From Zygnema circumcarinatum SAG 698-1b (taxonomy: Eukaryota; Plantae; Zygnematophyceae), in the NCBI GenBank assembly GCA_037447605.1, contig CM074804.1, positions 3,263,909 through 3,327,908 of the forward strand: a stretch of 64,000 nt of DNA. Direction: 5' to 3'. Below the pieces are notes generated by a model, which saw only the letters and a list, made by a program, of their open reading frames with translations, was not told the DNA's origin and did not search any database. This document shows, in pieces, positions 14,801-27,593 of this stretch. Within the stretch, counting starts at the first letter, position 1; the number at the start of each line of letters is the position of its first letter. A program made the position numbers and the translations under genes.

Positions 14801-15638
14801 CATCTGTTTGGTCTGCCACGAACTGCCCCGCTCTGCGACGAAGAAGGTTGGTGCTAATCAGGGCAACCTTGTAACGTGCTATCGAACTAAGTAAAATGTA
14901 TGGAGATAAAGTATGCAGCCGCCTATGCATGATTTAAGGCCCGAATGGACGTCTTGCTTATATGAGAAGAGAGATAGAATCCACCGGAGGGATTGGCATT
15001 CCTCCAGCATGATGAACTGCTTCTTTCAATGACAAATTCACCTCACTAACCTGCGCCTATGAGATTCTCGTCTACGTCCATAGTGCTCCGGCTCACTATT
15101 TGTCGAAACTAGCTTTTCCTCAGTGCGGTTCAGCGGACATTGGTGTATGATTCAAGCCAGAGTCTACTTGCTCATTAATTAAGTTCCCTAATCTTGCAGA
15201 TAATTGAGGAGGCACATAGGATCCTTTGTCCAGGAGGGGCCTTGTCCATCATGGAAATGAACCCACATTCGCCAATCCTGCAGCAGATGGTCAACAACGT
15301 CTTTGCCTTCACTGCGGTACGTACATTTCTATGTTTCTTTTCCCTCCCCTCCCTCCCCTCCCTTTTTGTTTCTTTCTCATTACCTGCAATTGCTGGATTA
15401 AGTCCATCTCGATGGCCAATTCTATTTTTTCCACGCGCGATTTTGGAAAGTACTTGGTGGTCACTCATACTGAGATAAGTAGGGTGGGTTCTGTTTGCAG
15501 TTCAAAGCAACGGAGCCGTACTTTGACGACTATCGAACATTTCCAATTGAAGAGGCCATTGCAGAGAGGGGCTTTGAGCATCCCCAACAGCTGGAAAACA
15601 CTCCTCGACATAGGACAATAGTTGCCCACAAGCTGTAG
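11876..15638 (+). CDS. Class I SAM-dependent methyltransferase (Methyltransf_11/25-like, cyanobacterial type) with a probable plastid transit peptide
   Basis: Ser/Arg-rich N-terminus MVALSPTTSLGRSS... The spliced core reads VNSLFSFQ|PFFRFAASKAREMMVKRG, YPEYYIKPFHAYEKGNLSW, motif I IVDVGCATGLST, LIGLDLSPYFL, SVDLVSICLVCHELP, AHRILCPGG and ENTPRHRTIVAHKL*. Confidence 0.88.
14153..14193 (+). repeat. Short interstitial telomere-like repeat (TTTAGGG/TTAGGG) in an intron
   Basis: The sequence reads ctttagggttaggattagggttagggttcagagtttaggatt. Confidence 0.7.
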
Positions 15639-16164
15639 TCCTAAATATCCTAATTTTATGTCTTTTGTTGCCCAAATAAATTTCACTGTCCTCCAATCAC
15701 TATCCTTTCTGGCAGCATACCTTCGTTCAGTAGTCCCAAAAAAATAGTTAACAGTCAAGAGTCCCATGTAGGAAATATCCTTCTTGTTGGAAAAAGGTGA
15801 TGATTGTTTCCCCAACGTATGGCCTCTCTCTAAAGAGGGATCAATTCCATGTTTCATCTACCACTCCGTGCCCACCCCCACGACCTTTGATCTCAGTTCC
15901 TTTATCATGTTGGTGGGTGGCATGTGAACCATCTACAAGGTCAAATGTACCTAGATTTGTTATTCCGTCGAAGTCGACTTCCATCGTAAAGAGTTTTGGA
16001 ATGTGGGGTCTACCGATGCCCTGTTCTGATGGTCTAATGGTAGATAAACCAATCAACGAGATCGATTATATTGAAGAAGGCTACTGGGTTCATTGCGTCG
16101 GTAAGCCACTAACAGTTTCACAATTGCAAAATGGAAATTTAAGCTGTGCTTGTGAAGTGATGTG

Positions 16165-16265
16165 GCATTGATCTCACGATGGCGATGCCATCAAATGTAG
16201 ATGGACAACATCATCGTGGGGAACCACGAGGAACTGGTCTCGAAGGACCTAAGGACAAAAAAAAA
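16165..16265 (+). repeat. Copy of a short (~100 bp) dispersed hairpin-forming repeat ending in an oligo(A)
   Basis: gcattgatctcacgatggcgatgccatcaaatg...ggaaccacgaggaactggtc...cctaaggacaaaaaaaaa. Related copies lie at 22708-22809 (-), 23110-23153 (+), 29300-29392 (-) and 60041-60083 (-). Confidence 0.75.
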
Positions 16266-16972
16266 GCTCGGTGCTGAAAGCTACGCTAGGCTCAACAACG
16301 CAGCCCTCCCTAGAAGCAGTGTGGCACATTGCGCGGAGGGCGGGGCCTGTGCTTGTGTTCATGTTTCCTTGACGTGCTTTTAAGTCACTCATAGACATGA
16401 TCCAAACCATCCATCCATACAGGCATCAAAGCTTATTAGAAGTTGCATAATTGGACCATTGAGTCCCCACTTACACGAGAATATCTGTGTCACTTAACAT
16501 AAAGTTCACAAAACGATCCACCTATTGATATTATGTTCACCAAAACCCCAAGCCCACACGTTCACAAAAACCCATACGTCGAAACCTATATTTCCATGGA
16601 CTAATTGGGTTTCCATGTGAACTAAAGTAATCCTGAAGCCTAACATTGCACTTGGAAACGGCCTCATAGGCCCCTGCGGGTGTGAGCTATCAAAGCTATA
16701 GCAGGTAAGGTGATGAAGACCAGGGTACTGAGAAATTGTGCATTTTAAATCGCATCATGACAAGCTGCTACAACTAGCGATCGCTCTTAACAACCTGGAA
16801 TTGCTTCACAGGGAAGCAAAGCTCAGAATTGGTATTAAGATTAAATGACTGCAAAACAATTATTTTCACTACAAAAAAAAATAGGGCACCAATTAATGAC
16901 TAACGCTGAAGCGTAGAGAGCGATCACGCTACCTCTGTGGTAAAAAGTCCACCGGCCCATATAAACGAATGG

Positions 16973-19900
16973 TTATAGCATTGAAACACTCCTAACGCCC
17001 ATGTCTCGCGCATCTACTTGTTGGTGTTTCAGCTTCTCTTCAAATGACTCCGAAAGGAGGTCCTTCCGAGTGATCACTCCCAACACCTTCTGGGGGTTGG
17101 GAACAACATAAAGATGGCGCAGCCCCAACTGGCGGAAGAGAGTATACACTTGGGACAGTGTCATTCCTTCTGAAACTGTATAGGGAGATCGGTTGGCAAA
17201 TGGATGCAGATCTAAAAACATTTCCATGTGCTCCTCCGTTAGCTTTATGTTTTCGATCCGGAGGCCCTTCCCTGATCCAGCTTTGCCAAAATCAAAGACG
17301 GACGAAAATCCATTGGTTCCATTCTGAGCCCTTCCTGAAACTGGGGGCTCCTGCGTTGTCTGAAATGCGCGCTTGTTGTTCAATAGCACGAGAAGATGTG
17401 AGCGAAGCACAACCCCATATAGCCCTTCCTTGTCTTTAGAGTCTGGTCCATTGATAACAGGAAAAGCGTTATGAGTTGTTGTTTGCAGCACCTCGTATAT
17501 CCTTCCAACACGCTCCACTCCTACAAATGCGACGGGCTCCTTATGCACAGCGTCCATTGCCTCCAACCTCTTCATGAACTGCGGAGGATGGGCTTCAAGC
17601 AGTGGAACACGCTTGAACCTCAAGTGCGTGTCGTATATGGCATGGTTGAAGAAATCCCCAACAGTTTTGGCCACCAAAAGGACCAGCATAATTAATGGAA
17701 GCATAGTGAGATTTCCTGTAAGCTCCAAAAGAATCACACATAGAGATACAGTCATCCGCATGGAGCCTCCGAGGAATGACGCTGAGCCCAAGAGCGCATA
17801 GGTGCCCTCATTCACTCGCTCCGGACCAGCCACAGAGACCATGAATCGCCCAACAAGCCGTCCATATGTGGCACCGCAGAGAATGGAAGGGACAAAAAGG
17901 CCGGAAGGAACTGCAATTCCATACGTTATAAGGGAAAGAGTATACACACTAATAAGAGTAACACCTAGGGCTTGGTACCTGCAACATGACATACAGCCGT
18001 ACAGCTGAAGTTAGCTTCGACAAACAATGCCCTGATTGATGTTATTGCTCAGTCAATTAACAACCCGACTGATGTTTAACACGAACCCATTCACGGTTTT
18101 GGTGCATGACACCGTAGTTTATGAATTAGCTGTGACAAAAATCGAGCAAATGCAAGTCGATCCTTTACTTGTCATGTACGGGTGCAGGACCTATGAGGCT
18201 CACCACACTATTTATACGATTCCAAACTCCCCTTCAAGACTGGAAACCATTCAAACCAGAAGATAATGACAACGTCATCTCTAGATAGGTGGAGTACTTA
18301 CGAGAACTCGTTATCTGTGCCTGCGCTGAACAGGTTGCGAATGACATCATCATTAGTGTTGAACATGAGACTTGCGAGATCATTGTAATGCCCTTCAGGG
18401 CAGTTGAAAGATTTAAAATTTCCAATACGACCCTTTGTTGGGCACTGTATATGTGATGTGTCGGAAGGGCATGGCGTGCATGTAGCTGTCCATGGCAGAG
18501 AAAACTGCACGAGAGAAGTCACCAGGGCAATGCTGGCTGCATCTGCAACTCTAACCCAGGGAGACATCCTGCATGCAGAGAAAAGTTTACATATGAACCC
18601 ACCAACAGTGAGAAGTAGAATAGTAATGCGTGCAGGAAAAACACCAGAAGTGAGAGGAGCAGACGTCAAACAGTACTCGAATGATCTCAGGTGCAGTGGA
18701 CTTCACATCCATGTGATATACTACTCGTTCTGCATGTCCCATTTGGGCATGAGTTAACCGTCCAGATAGTTTAATGATGATAATTATTGATTATTGATTA
18801 ATTATAATTATTATTATTATTATCGATCACTTCTTCAACTCCTGAGGTAAGCTGTACAATCAATAGCTTCCTACAGATACAACCTTCAGCCTGAAAAGGC
18901 TCATATATCATCTAAGCGGCATAAGTCTTGAGCTGAAAGAAACGAAAAGTACACATGTGACTGAGCAGGATGTGTAGAGGAAACAAATTATAAGGGATAC
19001 GCGTCTCGTGATTCACAAGAAAGTTAAGCAGTACTGCAGCTTAAGCTCACCTATTAAGCCAGTCTCGGCGCCATGTACAGATGTTCAAGTTCAGTTGATT
19101 GAAGAGACTTCCCAAAATGCCTCCAGTGACTCCGAGTACCGCAACAGGGGCCAGTTCCAATAGACCATAATTCGTGTGTAAGTCAAATTCGTCGAAAATA
19201 ATGAAACCCCCTGAACTGTAGAGGCCACAATTCCCATTTTCACACCAAGCCATAGCTGTGCGTACTACCACTGCCACAACAGCATTAGTGAAGAACGCGC
19301 GCCAAAGCAAAGGGCTTCGCCACCTGCAAGCACAGGAGCAGAAGGGGGCGTTGAAAACGAGAGAGGAGGTTATAAGGTTGCAAACATTATAAACGAGTGA
19401 TTTTCCAGTATGCTCAATCCTAAGATGAAATCTATTCCTTCCTCAAAGAATGCGAATGGATACAACCCCCTCCACACCTACCATGATGTGGCCTCCTCCA
19501 GGGCGAACAACACCCCCCCCACGGGAGCTCGGAAAGCAGCGGCTACACCAGCAGCCGCTCCACATGTGACAAGGTCTCTTCTGTCACGATCATTCTTAAA
19601 GAAGCGAAGCCACTTGCAGTCAAGGCCATAGCGGCGAGAACCCCCCTGTCCAAGCAGGGCTGCTATACAGGCTCCTGTGTGTACCAAGGGGCCCTCCTTT
19701 CCTACCACTAAGCCGCCCCCTACAGAGCCGATGCTGCCAAATATCTGCAGCAGAAGAGGGTCCAAGTAAGGGAGGAGTTCAGCAGATGAAGGCAAATATA
19801 AACATAGCAAAGCATTTGGAATAGCGGTCAGGAGGAGGGATCAAAGAAAGCGAGGAACTACAGGAAGACGGTCGCCGACTCATTATGAGAGGGGCACCTG

Positions 19901-22166
19901 CGGACAAGCAGAGAGCGGAGCAAGGAATGGGCAACCCTACAATGTAAATAGTGGTAGAGGAGAGAAGTGAGGAAACGGAAACTGGACCCGGTGCATATGG
20001 ACCAGAGACGCTAGTGACGCTCACCTTTACAAAGAGGGTGGATGGATGCAAAATATTGGGCACATCAACGCCATTCAAATAGGCCTTCACTTCCGGAATG
20101 CCCGAGCCAGCAGCCGCAGGCCCGACGAAGACACAGAGAGTTGCGGCAGCCATAACCAGCACAATGTTGCACGCAGCATAGGTGACGCATCCTAAGGTGT
20201 GCCTGCATACGACGCGCAAAGGTACTTCTTACAGTAAGTTTACGTTGAGCATGGCTGTAACTTGTCCATAAAGCAAGCAGAGTAGAAACACGAAGGTAAA
20301 AAATGGGGAAACAACGATAAGGATAACCCTCGAGGCGAACCAGAGATAAATTGATCGGAGACAAGCAAACAAAGTAGAGACACAAAGAAGAAGTCAACGG
20401 AACGAGAGGGAAGGGAAGGTTTAAGAGCACAAGAGACATGGAAGGGAGGGAGGGAAGGGCCAAAAGGACTGCAGACACCGGAAAGGAGGGAAGTAAGCGG
20501 GAGGTGACCAGGAGTCCATACAGAAAGAGAATGAAAAGGAAAGAGTCCTCAAGAAAAAGGAGAAGAAACAGGTTAAAAATTGAGGACTATTCGAGGCAAG
20601 TTTTCACCTTTTACATGTATCTGCCATCCCATGTAATCTATACAGTTCCATACCCACAAAAAGAACAACGCATTTGAAAAATGGGCCAAACTGTGTTGGA
20701 AAAAGAGAGCATAACGATTTGCTGTTCCCAACCGAATACAACTCTGTTTCTCAAGCTTGTGACATCGTGCATCCACTGCCACGGGTGATGAGCCTGGCAA
20801 TAGTTCTGGGCAAGACCCGCTCACCTGCTGTATGCATAGTCAAGCAGGAAAATATCCCAAGAGATTTATGGCTCCCTTACATCAGAAGCTGCAAATCCCT
20901 TTCAAGAACAAACCTCCCTTACTCATTCTGAAGCTAACCAAAGTGCTGTCTTGTTCCCTTTTCCTGCAGCTGCAGCTTGCAAAGCTTCTCACCAGCCATT
21001 GTTTGTGAAGTAAACAACAGTCTGGAATTTGAGGCCAGCCAAATTCTCCACGGCCATATTGATTCCAAACGACGCGAAGCCCGTCCCAATTCCAATGAGA
21101 AGAACAAACACCCACTTCAGCACAATGTATTGATACTGCTCAGCTTGAGTTCGTGATCGCCAGTCTTCTTTGTACACTGCTGATTCGACAATCCTGCAGC
21201 CCCTCCAACATGTCATATTCTCAATCACAACCGAATTACTATGCCATTCAATGGCCGATAGCAAGTTAGGTCCAGAGAGCAGCTTCGGGAACTTTTGGAC
21301 CATTTACTTCCTAAAAGGTCAACCGAAAGATTCCCAGCCTTATGATAGATTCGTTTTCCAAACCCTTCCCTGGAAAAAGCTGGGATCTCTTGTCAGAGTT
21401 TGCTGTAAAGCAAGCAGCTTAAAATTTGTGAACTGGCCGACTGACAAACGGCCAAAACTAAGCGGAGGACACAATTTTCAGTTATTTCGATTAGCTGCAG
21501 CTTTCAAAGTTTGATCGAAACAGCACCACATGCCCTCGAAATGCATGCTGATCCTTGCTCGCCTTTCGAACACAAGACCATTGAGGACAGGTATCACTGT
21601 AATTCATAAAAGCCTGCTAGAAAGAAAGGCCGCCTTATTCCGATGACTGTTGATGCATTCAGCAAAATCTGCGAGAACTCGTGAATTCAAAGGGAAAAAA
21701 AACCTACGACATGAACTGACTCCGTTTTCACAAAGCACAAGCCCTCCTTCCTCCTCTCCCTCCACTCCAGAACATCAGCACTTGAGGAAGCTGGAGCAAG
21801 AAGCAGGGAGGCAAGAGAAACGAGGGAGAGTCCGCACTCGTAATCAAGACTTTCAATCTGCGGCACTCCAACTGCAGGGCCTGCACCGCCGTCAAGGGTG
21901 GACTTTCTGCTGAAGTAAATCTCGCCATCTTGGCCTAGTCTCCTGGCCCTGTTTCTTGTAGTCTGCACTTCGTCTTCACCGTCTGCCTCCCTCACTTCCA
22001 CTCCGTCACCCCTCCCCTCACTCTCCCACTCTCCCAGTCTCTCCCCTTGCGGCCCCCCTGCGTGCCTAGTCCCATAGCCGTTCTCTGGGTCCTGCGCTGA
22101 GGCCTGCCCCTGCAGAAGCGGCGTGGCCTCGTCGTGGCGGTCGCCGTTCTCCAGCTGCCGCGCCAT
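16973..22166 (-). CDS. CLC: CLC chloride/proton exchanger (plant CLC-c/d-like) with C-terminal CBS pair, 7 exons
   Basis: Motifs IESLDYE, AAGSGIPEVKAYLNG, GKEGPLVHTG (gating Glu), FRAPVGGVLFALEEATSW, PSGLFVPSIL, HNAFPV and FRQLGLRHL. ATG at 22166, stop at 16973. Confidence 0.96.
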
Positions 22167-22204
22167 GCGGGCGGAGCTCGCGCGAGCAGGCAGGCAGACC
22201 GTCC

Positions 22205-22242
<38 letters not shown>

Positions 22243-22929
22243 AGGGAGACTGCTGGAGACGGCTCCTGGACCGTACGGTACGGCACAGATTCCCTTTGTT
22301 AAGGACTAACGGGATCGGATACAGTAGCGCGTGATGTGACATGATTGGGCGTGACGAGACGCCACGTCACGCTGGGCCCCCGTCGGAGTCCGGGGCACAG
22401 AGGGGACCGCCAATGGCTCAACGCCACGTGGCGAGGCGCAGAGAGGGAGAGGGAACAGGGGGGAGGGCGGCACCGCGCAGGGCGGGCCGCGGGACCAACC
22501 GTGGGGAGGGCTGCCTGCCAACCATTGGTTCGCGACCCGGCCACCCATTGCCATCACCCGAACCATTTGGCGTTGGACCGCGTGGTGACCGTGTCGGTGG
22601 CCTTCCGCCGCTCCCTCGCGATGTTGCCGCACATCGGTGACCTTCGCGGCTGCTTCTAGAGGCTGCGTTGTTGAGCCTAGGCGTAGTTTTCCGCTCTCAG
22701 CTTCTTTCTTTTTGTGCTTAGGTCCTTTGCGACCAGTTCCTCGTGGTTCCCCATGATGATTTTGTCCATGTACATTTGATGGCATCATGGCCATCGTGAG
22801 GTCAATGCCACATCTTCCCTACGCTGCCCTCCTTACATTTTCGCCAAAAAGACCAAGGTGTTTTCAATATTCATGAATCTGCCGAGTTCCTTCCTTTGGA
22901 CCTCCACCTCCGCTACTACCTCGGGCAGT

Positions 22930-23345
22930 ACTACCTCGAGAAATCACCTCGACCACCGATTTTTCGATAGTGAAATATAAAGATGCACTGGCTTCAAAAT
23001 GAGCTCCTAAAGTATTGGTAGAAGGCACATTTCATCAAAAATAAATCTCGTTGTGACGGGGACAGAATCTGGTTGTATTCAGTCCCCTTCAAGGGCGACA
23101 AAGCATGCTGCATTGATCTCACGATGGCGATGATGCCATCAAATGGACATGGACCTTCAAGGGATGCTGGTCATTAAGATGCTGCATACAGTTATCTGCT
23201 CGAAAACAGTCGAAGTATTTTGGGCGATCTGTAGATTTCCTCTTGGCGCCAACCTTATCTTCGCGCCCAAACACGAGGCAGAAACGATACACACACACAA
23301 GCAGCCGCAAGGCCTGTCTGTGAGTCCGAGCAGTGAGTGCCCTTG
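22930..23345 (-). mobile_element. Degenerate DNA-transposon (transposase-like) fragment
   Basis: Interrupted reading RFCLVFGREDKVGAKRKSTDRPKYFDCFRADNCMQHLNDQHPLK...TEYNQILSPSQRDLF...TNTLGAHFEAS. From memory it resembles transposase-derived proteins of bryophytes and oomycetes. It is frameshifted and carries an insertion. Confidence 0.45.
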
Positions 23346-23850
23346 AGACCAAACGTGTCGTCGTGGCCGCTTGGAACTCACAAACTTGTGCTCGTCGTCA
23401 TTGCCGGCATTTCAGGCTTCAACACTGCAGCCAGAGAAGCAAGCAGGCAGGCCAACGGGCGGGCGGGCAGACAGACAATATTTCGTTTCATCCGCACGCC
23501 TCATGGAGGTTTTTTTTTTTTTTTTTTTTTTTTCTCTCATATTGAATGGGCAGCTTTATTTTCGGGACTTTCTGTGATTTGTTTTCGGTATGTACGTGGA
23601 CTTCTTCAAAATAAATCCCGTATTTGACGATGCCTGCCGGCCCGTCATGCCGGGAAAGCACGGCGCGGCACGCGGAGGCGTACGGTACGGTACCGGGCCG
23701 GTCCCAAGTTCCCAACTGGGCCAACTTGTAGCGCAACAAATGATGGGAAGGTCCTGAGGCTCGGGGAGGGGTCAGGCGGGTGCCTTGCAGGCAGGCAGGC
23801 AGGCAGCCGCCATGGCTGGCTTGTAGGGGTGGCGATTAGGGTTTGCAGCT

Positions 23851-26800
23851 ATGGCTGCGCGCTGTCAAGCAGGCGTGAGGTCGCCTTATTTTACTGCATT
23901 CATTAGGCGCTCGTTTCTGTCTTGGCGCAGCGAGAGGACGGCTACTCCTGCAAGCAGGCCGTACAGATGGGATCAAGCCAGGAGCCAAGGAGGCGCTTTT
24001 TTTTTCGGAGCTCTGAAACCTGTTTCAGGGCAGGGATCCCATGGCTTGCTTTTTGTTCATCTGTACAGAGTGAACCTGAATGGTCTGAAGGAAGTTTATC
24101 AAAAAGCCTTTTGTGGTACCACTGCCAAAATGAAGCTCTCGTTCCACTCAAATGTATACCCCGGCCTTAAAAAATCTCTTCCGCACTATGGATCGAAACC
24201 CTTTAGTGTTCAATTTCTGTCGAATGTGGCATTGCTCAGACGTTTGTGGCAACCTTCTTGTCGCCAATACTCCGTATCTTCGAACTTTCTTGCTAGAATT
24301 CAGCTGCCCCATATTCGGGACAATTTGTTATTGCCGAAAATGGCATTACTGTACAGTAAGTCATCGCATTTAGGGCCCACTTTTTCGTCCGTTCAACGAA
24401 ATGTTAACAACATCGCCTATCCCTCTATGAGACGATCCTTCAGCAGCACTACAAAAGTGAGAAATCAAGTATCGCAAGAAGCTGCTCTAACTCCTCCTGC
24501 TCCCGTCACCTCCGGTGGCGTCCATCCAACGAGCGGCCCAAAGTTGAAACTCTCCCTGCTTGCAAGTATTCGAGAGAAGTTAGGAGTGACGCCGAGGATG
24601 CTTCTTGTTTTAGGGCATACAGCATCTCTGTTTGGCGTATTGGCCCTGTACATGAAAGACATGCTGTGGCTGCGGACATTCATGGTGTGCGGAAGCTGTT
24701 GCGGAATAGCGTTCAATATGCTGCAGCCCTCCCCGTTGAAGATCCCCGCCATGTGGGGATGCGTATTCATCGCCATAAATGTCTTCCAGGTGCAGCATAA
24801 CAGCCATAAATTGCTCTTGCAAGTCACCACATTATTGGTGGAAGATCATTCAGTTAATTTTACTTATCCTTAGAGGGCGGCAGGGATAAACCCTTTGTGG
24901 GTACCTTGCATGGGTTACAGTTCAGGTGCCGAGTATTATGTGATTGCTCTTGAATGCAATTTGCAATCATTCTAATGAGTAGCAACCAATGCAAATTTTT
25001 TGCATTGACGCACCCGAACGACGAGATTCGTGAATTGGTTTTACCCCTGAGAAAAGTGAATTGGTGTTGCTGATTGCTGAATTTTGAATATTTTTTTTGT
25101 CTTACTTGGCTCTTCCTTTGAAGGCAGATTGGAGTTCTCTTGCACGAACGACGTCCGGTATGCCGCCTACCTCCAACTCGTAACCACTTCAAGTAGAGGT
25201 GGCTGACTCCAATGATAGAACATATTTCTTTTGTTACTGGATAAGTCTTGTCATCTCTGTCAGATCAGAACCCGTACAAATTTCCGAATTTCAAAAACAA
25301 AGCATGGACATTACGGCAATTCCATTCTACTGTGATGAGTTATCATTTCTTATATTGACGGGATTTTTCTAGCCTATAATGGAGAGTACCTGATCTTATC
25401 CATGTAACGAAAATGACTTCACACAGCTTTCAACAATGAGTTATAAGAGCAAAAAGTATTAAAGAAAATGCCAGAGTTGCACACAATAACGTAGATAGTT
25501 AGATACAGTGATATTATATTGGCCAGTTCATTGGTTGAATTTTGGAATCAAGTGGTGAATCTTGATGGCAACATTGCAGATTACATTCAAGACCGAAGAG
25601 GCAGAGGTTTATGCAGCAGTGTTTCAAAAGCATGGAGTGACGCCCCATCAGTTTGAAAAGCTTATGCGGCAAGCAGGAGCGACATGGCTGGACCTCCCTG
25701 CTGGCCATGTGGTGAGTAAGAGCTGCAGCAGGATGTGAGGGAAGTTACTGTTCATGGAAAGACGAAGTTGAGACGAGGAAAAAGGTGAAATATTTATCAC
25801 TTTATTTTGCGAATTAAACAGATCTATTCAGTTTCAGGCAACGCCTGTCTGTTGAGCTTTCTGTATGATGGACGGAAAGGCCTGTGGCTATGGCAGATCC
25901 TGAAGGAGGGTGATCTCGTGGAGTATGTCAGTGTAATTGTCAGGTTGGTGCCTTGCTTGGCTTGTCCCATAGACGACACTTATTTTGTTGTCTAAATGAA
26001 AGTTTCATGTCCTCAATAGGTTCTTCTTCTAAACCCCTTCACTGTGCCGGATCCTTGGGTATCGATTATTCATTCGTATTCATTTTTCATTCTGGCCCAC
26101 GCTCGCCAAGTATTTCCACAGCTGCTGTTTGAATGCGTACAGTGAGTAGCGAAATCACGAAGAGTTGCCGAAAGAGCATTAGACAACTTTGGATACGTTG
26201 GCAAGTGCCTGATCACAGGGGTGGCATTGTAGCCTCAAGGTTGATAGAGATGTCTGCTCGCTACTCATTTACTATTCGAGCTTGTGGAGAGCAGCGGCAG
26301 AATAGAGGTGAGCAAAGACGGAGAAATGGTGGGAGAGATGGGCCCCGGCTGCCTCATTGGTGAGACATCGCTGCTGCTTCAGGACCACCGCGCGGGGCAC
26401 ACCGTCCTCACTGCGGAGCCCTCGCGAATTGTGAGCTGGCCTCGCAGCCGGTACGCTCCAAACTCTTAAACCTTTGGGACAGACAACAATGGACTACTGA
26501 TTTCAATGGATGAACGTGGAATCTCATCATAAAAGTCCTTTGGTCGGCTGTGGCTCTGCAAGTAGGATCAGAGGCCTGAGCCTACTCTTCTCGTAGTTGG
26601 AATAAAAAGGAGGATGGGTGGTGAAGAGCCACAAGCCCTGCAAACATAATAGACAATTCTGCAGCTGAGATGGGAGGGTCTCAGGCTCAGCCAGACACTC
26701 GCCTGCGATCAGAACCTGCTCCTCTCTACTGCCCATGTTATCAACAGCGATCTCGCCCTCAAGCTGAAGAACTCTGCCAACCTCTCCAACCGGGCCAAGG

Positions 26801-27593
26801 TTCTTGAGGTCTATCAGGTGGGCCTCCATCTGTTCAGAAAGATGTGCAACCGCAAGTATGTGGGGAATGGCAGTAGTATTGCCGATGATAACAACGGCAG
26901 TGGTAGTATGACGTTGCCCTGCAGGAGGTCATGAAGGGCATCTGCTGCGATGGCATCATCCGCCCGGTCGAGAAGAGGGCGCTTCGAGAATATCGCATTA
27001 CGCACCATATCACAAATGCACAGGTGTGTCTACCTATGCACACTATGCTGCTGCTGCCGCAGGAGTTCGCGTTTGACCTCGTCACCGGAATAGAATTTCC
27101 ATACCATGCTTCTGATAGTGGGAAAACCTAAAACGAGACAAGGTTGAAATCAGCATGCCTGGCCTAGCAGTACACTACCAATTGTGTCTAAAGTCTGGTC
27201 AAATTCCACAGCCGAAACCTAACTCCTGATTTGCTCGTTTCATTGACTTTTTCTGTTAAGCTGATGCAATATCATCTGCATGCACACTGCATACACACTT
27301 ATCCATACTCTCGCTCAACTCCCTGTAACGAGTGCTTATGGAGTTCATCTGCACGGCAGCACTTGGAAGCCGTGGCTATGTGTGGATGGACCCCGGAGGA
27401 ATATGAAGACGGTGCCAAGCTGGACATGCACAAGCATCAGTTCTCCCTCCGCAAGTCCATTGAGACTTTCAACCGCAGCATTGCCACCGCCGTGGGGGCG
27501 GGGAGGCAATCCCGCGGCCCGCCCAAGATCGCGGAGGGGACGGAATCTCCACTGCCAGGTGGCACGCCGCTGGGGTCATTGAGCCCTTCATGA
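23851..27593 (+). CDS. Popeye-domain / cyclic-nucleotide-binding membrane protein with a long Arg/Ser-rich organellar-type N-terminus
   Basis: Three TM segments around LYMKDMLWLRTF...WGCVFIAINVFQ|IGVLLHERRP. They are followed by EEAEVYAAVFQKHGVTPHQFEKL, ILKEGDLVEYVSVIVSGRIEVSKDGEMVGEMGPGCLIGETSLL and TVLTAEPSRIVSW (cNMP jelly-roll). The C-terminus reads YQEVMKGICCDGIIRPVEKRALREYR...GWTPEEYEDG. Confidence 0.8.
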
